From contig NIVC01000725.1 of NCBI GenBank assembly GCA_002269645.1, positions 90,213 to 154,212 on the forward strand: a stretch of DNA of 64,000 nucleotides. Direction: 5' to 3'. The notes beneath the pieces are model-generated. The model did no database searches and was not told the DNA's origin. It worked only from the letters and a program-made list of their open reading frames with translations. Of the stretch, positions 51,977 through 64,000 are shown one piece after another. Made by a program: the position numbers and the translations under genes. This DNA comes from Macrostomum lignano (Eukaryota). How positions within the stretch are numbered: the first letter of the stretch is position 1; every line of letters begins with the position of its first letter.

Positions 51977-52735
51977 ATGCAGCAACAGGGGAGCACTGAT
52001 AAGGGCATTGCCGACAGTGTGAGAGCCCTCGGCCTCAATGACACTGGCAGCGGCAACGATAGGGAAACTGGCGACAGAGACGAGCAGCATCCGGAGCGTG
52101 TAGCTGATGAAGCAGAGGATGCTGAGGAACAACAAGAAGAGGAAGTGCCGCTAACCCTAGCCGTTAACGGCCTGCCGCAGGCTGTATTCTCGTCCGAATC
52201 TACTAGAAAAGAGTTCGAATCTTTATTCCGAGCAATCGATGCCGATTGTCAGTTTAATTATTTGCGCACCTTTCGTCGAGCTCAGGTGACTATGAGTCGG
52301 CCGGAGCTGGCCCTGCTAGCCAGGCTGAGACTGCACAGACAGACTGTGGCTGGCTGCGAAGTGTCCGTCTACTTTGCTAGCTGGGCAGCTATTCGTGTTG
52401 GCGAGAATTCTTTATTACCACCTCAGCCGGATAAAATGTTTTTGATCTCGCCGCCAGCCTCGCCGCCAGTTGGCTGGGAGCAGCACCTGGAGGAGGCGCC
52501 GGTTGTTAGTTACGATGTCCTGTCCGCTTTGGCCTCGTTAGCCCCTGGCGAAGATCACACGCTGCATTCCGCTAGCGAGATGCATCATCCGGATATTGTG
52601 GTGACACCTTGCGCCGATTTCGATTGTCAGGCTGACGGTGAAGGCGGCGTCAATCACAGGTGCGCAGGCGGAGGCGGTGTGCTTTCAAAGCCGCGCATAA
52701 TGCAAACGAGGCGACCGGGAGGTCCTGAAAATTAA
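51977..52735 (+). CDS. RCAN: Calcipressin / regulator of calcineurin, intronless, 252 aa
   Basis: RRM-like FESLF...FNYLRTFRRAQV, the signature MFLISPPASPPVGWE, the PxIxIT-like HPDIVVTP and C-terminal IMQTRRP. First in-frame ATG at 51977. Confidence 0.95.
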   Translation: MQQQGSTDKGIADSVRALGLNDTGSGNDRETGDRDEQHPERVADEAEDAEEQQEEEVPLTLAVNGLPQAVFSSESTRKEFESLFRAIDADCQFNYLRTFRRAQVTMSRPELALLARLRLHRQTVAGCEVSVYFASWAAIRVGENSLLPPQPDKMFLISPPASPPVGWEQHLEEAPVVSYDVLSALASLAPGEDHTLHSASEMHHPDIVVTPCADFDCQADGEGGVNHRCAGGGGVLSKPRIMQTRRPGGPEN

Positions 52736-52931
52736 ACAGGACTCAGTAATAACAATCATCATAATCATATATTAGACCCACGCAGTCTCCATTTGTTGCT
52801 TTTCGTGTTGACTTTCAACAAAATACAATCTCTTCTCCCTATGTGCTCAGCAACATGTAAACCCACACATTTAAACAAGCTTTCAAAGTCTCTCCAGGTC
52901 GCGATTTCATGATAACAAATTGTAAAAGTAT

Positions 52932-53005
52932 GGGATCGTAGCCCTGTGCGTGTAGCTTGGCGCTCTGATGTGCCAGCGGCCCAGGCTCGATTCCAAGTGC
53001 AGTCA
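52932..53005 (+). mobile_element. Degenerate tRNA-like head (possible SINE or tRNA pseudogene)
   Basis: A-box-like TAGCCCTGTGCG, B-box-like GGCTCGATTCC ~45 nt downstream, and a stem-loop TGGCG-CTCTGAT-GTGCCA resembling a tRNA-Gln(CTG) anticodon arm. Acceptor and T stems do not pair well. Confidence 0.4.
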
Positions 53006-54119
53006 CATTAATTTTGAACCTAAATTGAAATCTCGGCTTGGCTCTGCTCGTGCAATTAACGCCCCTAAGGGCCAACCCCAACCCCCCAAGGCACAGTGAA
53101 GTGTACATGCCTAACTATAAATAAAGTTAGGGTCGCTGTACACTCCTGTGTGAGTGTGTGCCTGTGCGTATGACTGCGTACGTATCCGCGCGCTTGTGTG
53201 CCTGCTCAGGGGAGTCTGTGGAACCCCTAGCCAGCGTAGAAGCAATCAGTTGTACTCATTCCCCCTGCAACCCTTGAGTAGGCACCCTTGTGTCTTTTGT
53301 TAGTGTTCTCAGCCGTAATACTGACGCCATAAAGGACTCGCATGCACAAGCTTTCGAATTAGAATGTTGCGGGTGATTCCTACCAATAATATAGTTACGT
53401 GTGTTCTGACCTTACTGTAGGCAATACAGTTGTGTTAGAAATGCGCTTATATTGTTGTATTGTGACCTGTTCAAGTCTGTCTTCGCTAGCGCTTTGATAT
53501 AATATTATAGTTGATAATTTTGCACTTGTCAGCACCTAATTGATTGCTTTGTTGCTTTCGATTTGCTGTTCTCAATCAGTAGTAGTAGTAGTACAGTAAG
53601 AGCCCTGATTTCTTTAGTAAAGCCTATTAATAGCCGCCTAGTCTTTGTTCGCTTTTATAATACGCTTATCCATCTCCCTGCTGTGTGCGAGCTGTTTTTT
53701 AACAGTATTTCTATATATGTTTCATTCTATCAAAACTGTTCAGTGGTAAAATTTCTGTCTATTGAAATTGTAAATTTATGCAACCAAAATCTTCTTTTAG
53801 TGTAGCGGACCGCAAAGCACTTCACCGTTAAAATATTTCTCAGTGAATGGCTTGCAAATATTGTTTGTTTTTTTTAAAGTATTTTTGTATACGAGCACCG
53901 TATTATTATATCAGTCCTGCATTGCTTACGACTGGTGTGGTGTGAAACCAAATCTCTTCTTTTGATAGATAGCTCGATGTACCTTTACACGTATCTGTTT
54001 GTTCCCAACTGCAACACATACCAAATAAATGTGATAATGCAACACAGTACCGTCTTATTGTCACGTGTGTCATTTATTGACTTTTACTTAGATGCTAGTG
54101 ATTTTGTTGCGACTGCAGA

Positions 54120-54832
54120 CTTTCAGTTGCTGGGCCGCCCTCCCAGTTTCTGGGCCAGCCTCCCAGAGTGTCAGTTGCTGGGCCAACCTCCCAGATCCTC
54201 AGTTGCTGGGCCAGCCTCCCAGAGTGTAAGTTGCTGGGCCAGCCTCCCAGATCCTCAGTTGCTGGGCCAACCTCCCAGATCCTCAGTTGCTGGGCCAACC
54301 TCCCAGATCCTCAGTTGCTGGGCCAGCCTCCCAGAGTGTCAGTTGCTGGGCCAGCCTCCCAGAGTGTAAGTTGCTGGGCCAGCCTCCCAGATCCTCAGTT
54401 GCTGGGCCAGCCTCCCAGATCCTCAGTTGCTAGGCCAGCATCCCAGATCCTCAGTTGCTGGGCCAGCCTCCCAGATCCTCAGTTGCAGGGCCAGCCTCCC
54501 AGAGTGTCAGTTGCTGGGCCAGTCTCCCAGATCCTCAGTTGTTGGGCCAGCCTCCCAGATCCTCAGTTGCTAGGCCAGCATCCCAGATCCTCAGTTGCTG
54601 GGCCAGCCTCCCAGATCCTCAGTTGCAGGGCCAGCCTCCCAGAGTGTCAGTTGCTGGGCCAGTCTCCCAGATCCTCAGTTGTTGGGCCAGCCTCCCAGTG
54701 TCAGTTGCTGGGCCAGCCTCCCAGAGTGTCAATTGCTGGGCCAGCCTCCCAGAGTGTCAGTTGCTGGGCCAGCCTCCCAGAGTGTCAGTTGCTGGGCCAG
54801 CCTCTCAGAGTGTCAGTTGCCGGGCCAGCCTC
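54120..54832. repeat. 28-bp minisatellite family A, copy 4, reverse orientation, upstream of PSMB3
   Basis: Unit CAGTTGCTGGGCCAGCCTCCCAGATCCT is the reverse complement of copies 1-3. Confidence 0.95.
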
Positions 54833-54912
54833 TTAGTTCTTCAGTTGCATAACCCGAACAGTTGTGAACCATTGTTAACAGCACTGCAGACAGTCAGTCG
54901 AAACATCTCAGC

Positions 54913-55533
54913 ATGGCCAATCCAATGTCCTACAACGGCGGCTGCGTTATGGCAATGAAAGGTCGCAATTGCGTAGCCATCGCCAGCGACCTGCGTTTCG
55001 GCGTGCAAATGCAAACCATTAGCATGGAATTCGACAAGGTGCAACAGATGGGACCCCGTCTGTTTGTCGGCTTTCCCGGCTTGGCGACGGACACGCAGAC
55101 AGTGTTTCAACGGATGCAGTTCCGCAAGAATCTGTACGAACTGCGCGAGAACAAGTCTGTCCGACCGCAGACCCTGATGAACATGATTTCGAATTTGTTG
55201 TACGAGCGCCGATTTGGCCCCTACTTTGTCGAACCGGTTGTTGCCGGCCTCGATCCAATCAGCCTGGAGCCGTACGTGGCCACCATGGATCTGATTGGCT
55301 GTCCAATGGAGCCGGAAGATTTTGTCGTTAGCGGCACCTGCACGGAGCAAATGTTCGGCATGTGCGAGACTCTATGGCAGCCGGACATGTCGCCAGACGA
55401 ATTGTTCGAGTGTATCAGCCAGGCTATGCTGAATGCCTTCGATCGGGACGCCGCTAGCGGCTGGGGCTGTCACGTGTACCTGATTGAACGGGACCAGGTC
55501 ACCGTGCGCGCGCTCAAAGCTCGAATGGATTAG
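54913..55533 (+). CDS. PSMB3: Proteasome subunit beta type-3, intronless, 206 aa
   Basis: [75 protein letters not shown] stop. Confidence 0.98.
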   Translation: MANPMSYNGGCVMAMKGRNCVAIASDLRFGVQMQTISMEFDKVQQMGPRLFVGFPGLATDTQTVFQRMQFRKNLYELRENKSVRPQTLMNMISNLLYERRFGPYFVEPVVAGLDPISLEPYVATMDLIGCPMEPEDFVVSGTCTEQMFGMCETLWQPDMSPDELFECISQAMLNAFDRDAASGWGCHVYLIERDQVTVRALKARMD

Positions 55534-56384
55534 ACTCGGTGGACTCACTGCCGGGGCATGAACTCGAATAATAACAAGTAGGCCTTTGGAGTCTGGGAGT
55601 CAGGTACCATCCAGTGCTTCTGGGATAGGAGCTTAGCTAGTAAATTCTCAATTCTGGTTTGAAGTTTTGGGATCATATTTGTTAATACCATGGAGTCTAA
55701 TCCCATGGCATCTGCTGAGCTAATTGGATTAATAGCTAAACTATACGAACATATTGTACTCGTATATACGCGTCTAATTAGTAGGCTTTGGTTAGTTTCA
55801 GAATTTCTGTTTTACTTCTACTTTATTAGTATTGTTACCCGTTAATATATATTTTAACAAACAATTTGTAGCAAATGGGCAGAATGTACGATAGTGACTA
55901 CTTGGATTTTCTATCTAACTAGTAGCAGCAGCCGGTGAAGTATGAAGAAAACGTTCAATTCCTTTAAACGTTAAATAAGTTCGCTTACTTTGGTTTGTTA
56001 TTCTTAAGTCGGCCAACAAACTAAGCTTCATAATGGTTTTTGTGAAACATTGCTTAAATTAAATTGTCTCCTAGTTATTTATTTCAATTATCCTGCAAGC
56101 AAATATTTTATTTGTAATTAAAATATGCTTTTGTTCCATGAATGCTTGGGATTTTCAACTCGGTTAAAGCAACTCTGGGCGGTCTTTACTTGTGTGCTAA
56201 GTGCAGCGCCTCAAATATCTCTGTCTTACTTACATAACAATCTGTGCGCATTAATAGTAATATCATTATAAAAATTTGCCTACAAATTGTTCTCTCCTTG
56301 TTCTAATGAGCCTATCAACCAGTATAGTGTCTAGAGACTTTTGTGTTTTTATTTTATAGGTTCATTTTTCATGGTCGTTTTGAA

Positions 56385-59300
56385 ATCGCCCCAGAGTTCC
56401 TGCTCATTTAGAATCGCCTAGAGTTCCTCATTTAGAATCGCCCAGAGTTCCTCATTTAGAATCGCCCAGAGTTCCTCATTTAGAATCGCCCAGAGTTCCT
56501 CATTTAGAATCGCCCAGAGTCCTCCTCATTTAGAATCGCCTAGAGTTCCTCATTTAGAATCGCCTAGAGTTCCTCATTTAGAATCGCCCAGAGTTCCTCA
56601 TTTAGAATCGCCCAGAGTTCCTCATTTAGAATCGCCCAGAGTTCCTCATTTAGAATCGCCCAGAGTCCTCCTCATTTAGAATCGCCTAGAGTTCCTCATT
56701 TAGAATCGCCCAGAGTTCCTCATTTAGAATCGCCCAGAGTTCCTCATTTAGAATCGCCCAGAGTTCCTCATTTAGAATCGCCCAGAGTTCCTTCTCATTT
56801 AGAATCGCCCAGAGTTCATCCATTTAGAATCGCCCAGAGTTCATCCATTTAGAATCGCCCAGAGTTCATCCATTTAGAATCGCCCAGAGTTCATCCATTT
56901 ATAATCGCCCAGAGTTCATCCATTTAGAATCGCCCAGAGTTCATCCATTTAGAATCGCCCAGAGCTCCTCCTCATTTTGAATCGCCCAGAGCTCCTCCTC
57001 ATTTAGAATCGCCCAGAGCTCCTCCTCATTTAGAATCGCCCAGAGCTCCTCCTCATTTAGAATCGCCCAGAGCTCCTCCTCATTTAGAATCGCCCAGAGC
57101 TCCTCCTCATTTAGAATCGCCCAGAGCTCCTCCTCATTTTGAAACGCCCAGAGTTCCTCATTTAGAATCGCCTAGAGTTCCTCCTCATTTAGAATCGCCC
57201 AGAGCTCCTCCTCATTTAGAATCGCCCAGAGCTCCTCCTCATTTAGAATCGCCCAGAGTTCCTCCTCATTTAGAATCGCCCAGAGCTCCTCCTCATTTTG
57301 AAACGCCCAGAGTTCCTCATTTAAAATCGCCTAGAGTTCCTCCTCATTTAGAATCGCCCAGAGCTCCTCCTCATTTAGAATCGCCCAGAGCTCCTCCTCA
57401 TTTAGAATCGCCCAGAGCTCCTCATTTAGAATCGCCCAGAGTTCCTCCTCATTTAGAATCGCCCAGAGCTCCTCCTCATTTAGAATCGCCCAGAGCTCCT
57501 CATTTAGAATCGCCCAGAGCTCCTCCTCATTTAGAATCGCCCAGAGCTCCTCCTCATTTTGAAACGCCCAGAGTCCTCCTCATTTAGAATCGCCTAGAGT
57601 TCCTCATTTAGAATCGCCTAGAGTTCCTCCTCATTTAGAATCGCCCAGAGTTCCTCATTTAGAATCGCCCAGAGCTCCTCCTCATTTAGAATCGCCCAGA
57701 GTTCCTCATTTAGAATCGCCCAGAGTTCCTCCTCATTTAGAATCGCCCAGAGTTCCTCCTCATTTAGAATCGCCCAGAGTTCCTCCTCATTTAGAATCGC
57801 CCAGAGTCCTCCTCATTTAGAATCGCCTAGAGTTCCTCATTTAGAATCGCCTAGAGTTCCTCATTTAGAATCGCCCAGAGTTCCTCATTTAGAATCGCCC
57901 AGAGTCCTCCTCATTTAGAATCGCCTAGAGTTCCTCATTTAGAATCGCCTAGAGTTCCTCCTCATTTAGAATCGCCCAGAGTTCCTCATTTAGAATCGCC
58001 CAGAGTTCCTCATTTAGAATCGCCCAGAGTTCCTCATTTAGAATCGCCCAGAGTTCCTCATTTAGAATCGCCCAGAGTTCCTCATTTAGAATCGCCCAGA
58101 GTTCCTCATTTAGAATCGCCCAGAGTTCCTCATTTAGAATCGCCCAGAGTTCATCCTCATTTAGAATCGCCCAGAGTTCCTCCTCATTTTGAAACGCCCA
58201 GAGTTCCTCCTCATTTTGAAACGCCCAGAGTTCCTTCTCATTTAGAATCGCCCAGAGTTCATCCATTAAGAATCGCCCAGAGTTCATCCATTTAGAATCG
58301 CCCAGAGTTCATCCATTTAGAATCGCCCAGAGTTCATCCATTTTGAAACGCCCAGAGCTCCTCCTCATTTAGAATCGCCCAGAGCTCCTCCTCATTTAGA
58401 ATCGCCCAGAGCTCCTCCTCATTTAGAATCGCCCAGAGCTCCTCCTCGTTTAGAATCGCCCAGAGCTCCTCCTCATTTAGAATCGCCCAGAGCTCCTCCT
58501 CATTTTGAAACGCCCAGAGTCCTCCTCATTTAGAATCGCCTAGAGTTCCTCATTTAGAATCGCCTAGAGTTCCTCCTCATTTAGAATCGCCCAGAGCTCC
58601 TCCTCATTTAGAATCGCCCAGAGCTCCTCCTCATTTAGAATCGCCCAGAGCTCCTCATTTAGAATCGCCCAGAGCTCCTCCTCATTTAGAATCGCCCAGA
58701 GCTCCTCCTCATTTAGAATCGCCCAGAGCTCCTCCTCATTTAGAATCGCCCAGAGCTCCTCCTCATTTAGAATCGCCCAGAGCTCCTCCTCATTTTGAAA
58801 CGCCCAGAGTTCCTCCTCATTTAGAATCGCCCAGAGCTCCTCCTCATTTTGAAACGCCCAGAGTTCCTCCTCATTTAGAATCGCCCAGAGTTCCTCATTT
58901 AGAATCGCCCAGAGTTCCTCCTCATTTAGAATCGCCCAGAGTTCCTCATTTAGAATCGCCCAGAGTTCCTCCTCATTTAGAATCGCCCAGAGTTCCTCCT
59001 CATTTAGAATCGCCCAGAGTTCCTCATTTAGAATCGCCCAGAGTTCCTCCTCATTTAGAATCGCCCAGAGTTCCTCATTTAGAATCGCCCAGAGTTCCTC
59101 CTCATTTAGAATCGCCCAGAGTTCCTCCTCATTTAGAATCGCCCAGAGTTCCTCATTTAGAATCGCCCAAAGTTCCTCCTCATTTAGAATCGCCCAGAGT
59201 TCCTCATTTAGAATCGCCCAGAGTTCCTCCTCATTTAGAATCGTCCTTGAGTTCCTCATTTAGAATCGTCCTTGAGTTCCTCATTTATAATCGTCCTTAA
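56385..59300. repeat. ~2.9-kb 24/27-bp minisatellite (CATTTAGAATCGCCCAGAGTTCCT[CCT]) upstream of TFIIA
   Basis: Direct reading; contains AGAATCGCCC, the reverse complement of GGGCGATTCT. Confidence 0.97.
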
Positions 59301-59394
59301 GTTTCTCATAGTCTCATAATTAAATTGCTATTTAATATTTGTATATCAATTCAGTAATTGATATTGATAAAATTGATAAAATGTGAACTTTTGC

Positions 59395-61795
59395 ATGTCT
59401 TCCGCAAAGCTAGGCACCCCGGTCCCGAAGTTCTACCAGAGCATCATAGATGATGTTCTGTCAACAATTCGGGACCGATTCAAAGATGAATACGGCGATG
59501 ACAATATATTGAACGAATTGAAAAAGATGTGGACAGCTAAGCTAAAAGAAACTGGCGCTGTTGATAATGCCGAGACTGAGGTTAGGGCCATGTCAGCAAC
59601 TGCTTATCCTGGCATGATTTCTGCTGGGAATGCTTCAACACAGCAGCAGCAACAGGCGGCGATAGCTTCGGCCCAATCCGTTTCTATTGGCGGCACCCAA
59701 GTGACTGGTATTAGAATACCGCCCGCAACTAGCGTTAATGTTGGCGGTCAGCGAATTGCTATCCAATCGCAGGGTTCTCAGGTACAAACTACCGTGATTG
59801 GCGGCGGCGGCGGCGGCGGCGGCAGCGTTGCCGGAGCTACTGGAGGCGGCGGCCCCAGCGTATCGACTATTGCTGGGCCGCACCAGCTGCAGCAGCAGCA
59901 TCAGGCTGCTGGTCATCATCAGTTGCAAGGTGGCCAGGTTACTATGGTTACGCCTGCGACTAGGACCGCTATGCAGGTACTAAATAGTGCCTAATTTTTT
60001 ATTTGTTTATTAGAAACCATAGTGCATCACCTTTAATTTATAATTATATTCATAATAAAAATACTTGCTAATTTTACACCAGGCTGTCTATCAGATGCCG
60101 ACTGGCCAGCAATACCATTTGCAGTTGGGAGCCGGGCAGAATGGTCAGCTACTGCAGCAGCATGTACAGCAGCAGCAACAGCAGCAGCAGCCTAGAGTGT
60201 CGCTTATGTTTGGTGTTAGTCAGGCTCAAGCAACCCAGCTGCAACAACCGCAACAACAGCAGCAACAACAGCAACAGCAGCAGCAACAACAGCAACAGCA
60301 GCAACACGTCAAACCGGAACAGATAAAACTGCCGCAAATTGACGGCTTGCATTCTGACGATCCGGACTCCGATAGCGAATTGGACGACGTTGAAGGCGCA
60401 GGCGGCGGTGCAGCGGCTGGTGGAGGCGAAGACGCATTCAGTGTAAGTTTAGGGTGAATTTGAAACTCAAGGTGGAATGCTGATATGCTAAGTCTTCGAG
60501 AGGAGGGCTGTTGGATACTACTGGTATCTTCTGATATTAAGAGTTTGTTATCATCATTAGTAATGCGTTTGCTGCCTTAGGCTCCTTTTTAAACTCTTAA
60601 AAAACTAATGTGGAAGGTAGGAAACACAAAATCGCGAGTTTTGCCAATTCCAGAATCCCGGGACTGAAAAGGTTTCTAATTTTTGTTGGTGCAATCTTGG
60701 TTTACGAAGCCATCTAACCTGATTTTAAAGGGCTGTCAATGATAAAAGTAAAACTGAGTGTAATGTACAGGCTGGCGTAATAGACGTTTTTTACATGCCA
60801 GTTTACATCAGCTTAGGAAAATCACACTTGTTATGTAACCTGGGGAATGATAGCTTACAGAGCTATAGCCTGAGATACCAATGTAGAATTAGATCAGACC
60901 TCACCCTCTCAGGAGCACCTGCCCTAGATGGAGAATTGGTAGCTTAGGTTGTAGTTCGATAGCAAGGTCCCACTGTTCTAATCACAACTACGACCAAGGA
61001 ATTTTGAAGGTTGGGACTTCTTAAAGTAGTTCTACATTATTACACCTTAAATACCCTTACGACCTGCTAACAGCTTCTGTTTATTATCCCTCTAGCCTTC
61101 TACTCTTCTTGAAAGATTAAGAAATCAAAGTAAGACAACTGTGTTATGATTTTCACCTGATAACTATCTCAGCTGCAGATACTACTACTCGAGAATGAAT
61201 GATTGAACTATTGTAAAGCGGGATCGGGATCCCGATGGTCAATCCCGGGATTTTCGAATCCCGGACAGTTGTGATCCCGGGATTTAGGCCTAATCAACAT
61301 CCTGGGATTGTATTCCCTAGATAAAGGCTATAATTCAAAGCTTTATAGGGTTTTTTGCTTTGTTGACTCCCTTTAGGGCTGCTGTGCTATCCAATATTGG
61401 TAGGTGTTTTTTTCGAAAAGGCAGCTCACAGCTACTAATGGTCTTTGTGCGGGAGGAAGGGAGGAATCATAATCTTTAATAAGGGATTTTCACTTTAAGT
61501 TTGGTACTTTGGCTTGAGCATTTAAATTGAACCAAAAAGCAACTTCATTTTGGACGATTAATAACTCCCGTCAAACCAATAAAAACCTTAGGAGGAGGAA
61601 TCGCTTAACTCGGCAGACGACGTGTCGGACGAAGACTCGGACAGGCTATTTGAAACTGACAACATTGTTGTGTGCCAGTACGACAAAATCAATCGGGCCA
61701 GGAACAAGTGGAAGTTCCACCTGAAGGACGGCATCATGAATCTGAATGGCAAAGATTTTGTTTTTCAAAAGGCCACGGGAGACGCCGAATGGTGA
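59395..61795 (+). CDS. GTF2A1: Transcription initiation factor IIA large (alpha/beta) subunit, ~381 aa, 3 exons
   Basis: Exons 59395-59976, 60083-60442 and 61592-61795, phase 0. VPKFYQSIIDDV...LNELKKMW N-domain, Gln/Gly-rich linker, QIDG (60335-60346; Taspase1-type site), C-domain NIVVCQYDKINRARNKWKFHLKDGIMNLNGKDFVFQKATGDAEW. Confidence 0.96.
61215..61319. mobile_element. Remnant end of a hAT-like MITE (ATCCCGGGA motifs, ...TATTCCCTA end) in TFIIA intron 2
   Basis: Clustered ATCCCGG/CCGGGAT motifs and a TAGGGA-type terminus. A matching left end and TSD were not found. Confidence 0.3.
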
Positions 61796-64000
61796 ATTTC
61801 TCTTTTTTGACTTTACTCTCTGTTGCACTCGACTCGGCTCGACCCCTCTTGTTATTGAGTAAAGCTAATCTGTTGTTTTTAACATGTGATTTCACTCTGC
61901 CAAAGTCTTCGAAGCAAACATTAATTAATAAAGTTAAGACTTTGGAAAGTTTTTTGACATTAAATTAATGTCCTAGAGAAAAAATAGGCCAAGTCTTATT
62001 TATTTGACTGTACAAAAGCAATTTTGTATCAATCGATTGCTTTAAATTCCCATGTAGAATTTGGTCATTAATTAATGATTATTAACAGAGCTATTGGAAA
62101 ACGGGTGACCTTGTCCACTCTGCAGGAACTAAGGCTGTGTATGAAAGAGTTTTGTTGCTTTTATAGCTGGGGCTTGGCTAGAAAATCGATAACATTCACT
62201 CGTCACGTGCACTAAATGTCGGCAAACGTCGATAAGAAAGCAATTATCTTAGACAGTGAATTGGGCCGAGGTTAATTGGCCACGAATAAAATCGATTAAA
62301 AAACCCACCAGCGCAACCACCCCACTCACATGCGCTCTTGGGCTGAGTGTACTGTGGATAAACTAACTCTCTGGCTGGGGCCTAGGGCTGGGTTGACGAG
62401 AAAATCGATAATGCACAGAAGAAACCCCCCAGTCCCTCCCCCATTCCTGGGCTAGTGTAAAGCAAAGGAGGGTTTTACCCTAATAAACTTTGAATTGAGA
62501 AGGGTTTGACCATAAAATCGATCAGTCCCCTCTTTCCCTTTCCGTCATCCTTACGCGGAGTGCACAGACTGTGCATTTGATTAACTGCTTGTGTTTGGCC
62601 AATGAACACTGGTGATTTAGGAAGCCCCTCTCGTAGGAGCCGAGCCGACCGATTCGATCTTGACAAACTTGGTGTCGTTTTATAGCTAAAACAAATTCTT
62701 CACCAGCTGCTCAAAGAAGCTGTTGTTAAAGAGAATTAGCTGAAATGGTCGAAATTAAAGCGCAGTCAAAGTGGCTTCTGTTTTTTCCAGGATTACTTAT
62801 AATTAATATTTCTATTATTGTATGTAAAATTAGGCATCACACACTGCCCCCCCCTTGTCAATTGTCATCCATTTTCTCTTTTTTTCTGCTACTACTAAAT
62901 GTTGATTTCTTATCTGATACCCATAAAGTTGTTGACTTTCGTTTGTGAATGTCTGGATTTTCATCGTAAAACTAAACAGCACAATTAAAATTGTGTTTAA
63001 TCGGCAGACAGGCGGTGTGTTTTTCACTTCGATAGTTCTCTAGAGTTTTTGCCCTTTATTGTTCGCAATCGTTTTTGTCATGTATCTGCTTATTCCTGTT
63101 TCATATTTTTCTGTTTACCCTTGTTGCTTTTCCTAAAAAATGTAAGCGTCAATGTCTCGGAAGGCTTCTTTTTTCTTTTATTGATTAAAAAAGTCCTCAT
63201 TAACCAACCATAGTATTTTACAGCTGCTAGTGTTGCAATGCAAGGTACGAGTCAGTAATCCCCCGAACACGAAGACATCTCGAGCTGATAGTGGGCCTGA
63301 ATCGGAGTAATTCGAATAATTTACTAATAGGAACAGGAAGGTAAATATATATATATATTTGATGAATCAGAAATAATCCATCAGTTTTTTCTTTCTTCGT
63401 ATCTAGCGCATATACCTAGCTGTGTTTGAATTCTCTATTGTTAATAAAGTCAAATTTGCAACACTCTGCTTTCGCATAACCAACACGTCTGTTTGTTATA
63501 AAGTCTCGTTCATACGGCAATGTTTAATATTTAAGTGTCTCAACGTTTATAGATAATTTATATCGCTATGGTTTCGTGCTACTGTCGTTAAACACTGTCT
63601 TTGTTGTTTAGTGAATTGTAAATAAATAAAATCAACTTGGCCACTTCTTAATACACAAATATGACCTATAATCCGACTCATACAGCAGCTCTTTTAAATT
63701 TATTTATTAAAACAAAAATATCCAATTTTTATGCGTTTCGACCCTCCATCTGATGCATAAGTGAGTTTACAAATAAATAAGTAAATATTACATCCTATGA
63801 TCTATATTTATTGCCCGTTTGCTTCGTGCGCGTCAGCATCAATTTTGTTTGATTTTTGTTGTCAATTTGTTTATCATTTCTGCTTTTAGGTTCTCTGGGG
63901 CTATAAGGATGATGTGGAATCTTGTTGACTTTGGACCTGCGATGTCAAAATGTTATTCATAACAAATGACTATCATTTTGCTATCAATATTTTTGGCTCA

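Noticed and set aside
57949-59259. ORFs of repeated LWAILNEE(E)
   Set aside because: The 24/27-bp units are multiples of 3, so frames stay open by construction; antisense to the gene block and no unique domain.
63219-63990. Possible exons of a next plus-strand gene (acceptor ~63220, donor ~63341, acceptor ~63888)
   Set aside because: No sustained ORF or recognisable protein similarity; splice signals alone are insufficient.

Overview
Eukaryotic (invertebrate metazoan) genomic DNA with GC-rich exons and AT-rich or minisatellite-filled introns. The style suggests a free-living flatworm such as Macrostomum, but that is inference only. I could build 11 protein-coding gene models by hand from GT-AG boundaries and reading-frame phase. 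Seven consecutive genes lie on the minus strand: SCAI (partial), mitochondrial release factor mtRF1a, PCTP/START, SH3BP5-like, POLR3A, SCLT1 and VDAC. Four follow on the plus strand: NOL11-like, RCAN, PSMB3 and TFIIA large subunit. The two blocks diverge from a ~9 kb AT-rich, transposon-rich spacer (40.5-49.6 kb). The window also holds a 5'-truncated RTE-like LINE, several TIR elements with target-site duplications, a candidate tRNA-derived SINE head and about 30 tandem arrays. Most notable: (1) two MITEs with different termini both carry the same 64-nt fragment of 28S rDNA covering helix 69 and the R2/I-PpoI target site; (2) an operon-like, strand-coherent gene arrangement with splice-acceptor-like sites just upstream of start codons; (3) dispersed minisatellite families that share cores and are always oriented the same way relative to transcription; (4) a PCTP gene lacking its central exon(s); (5) an mtRF1 with a shortened stop-codon recognition loop. 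All protein and rRNA comparisons are from memory of the families, not from database searches. Array boundaries are approximate.
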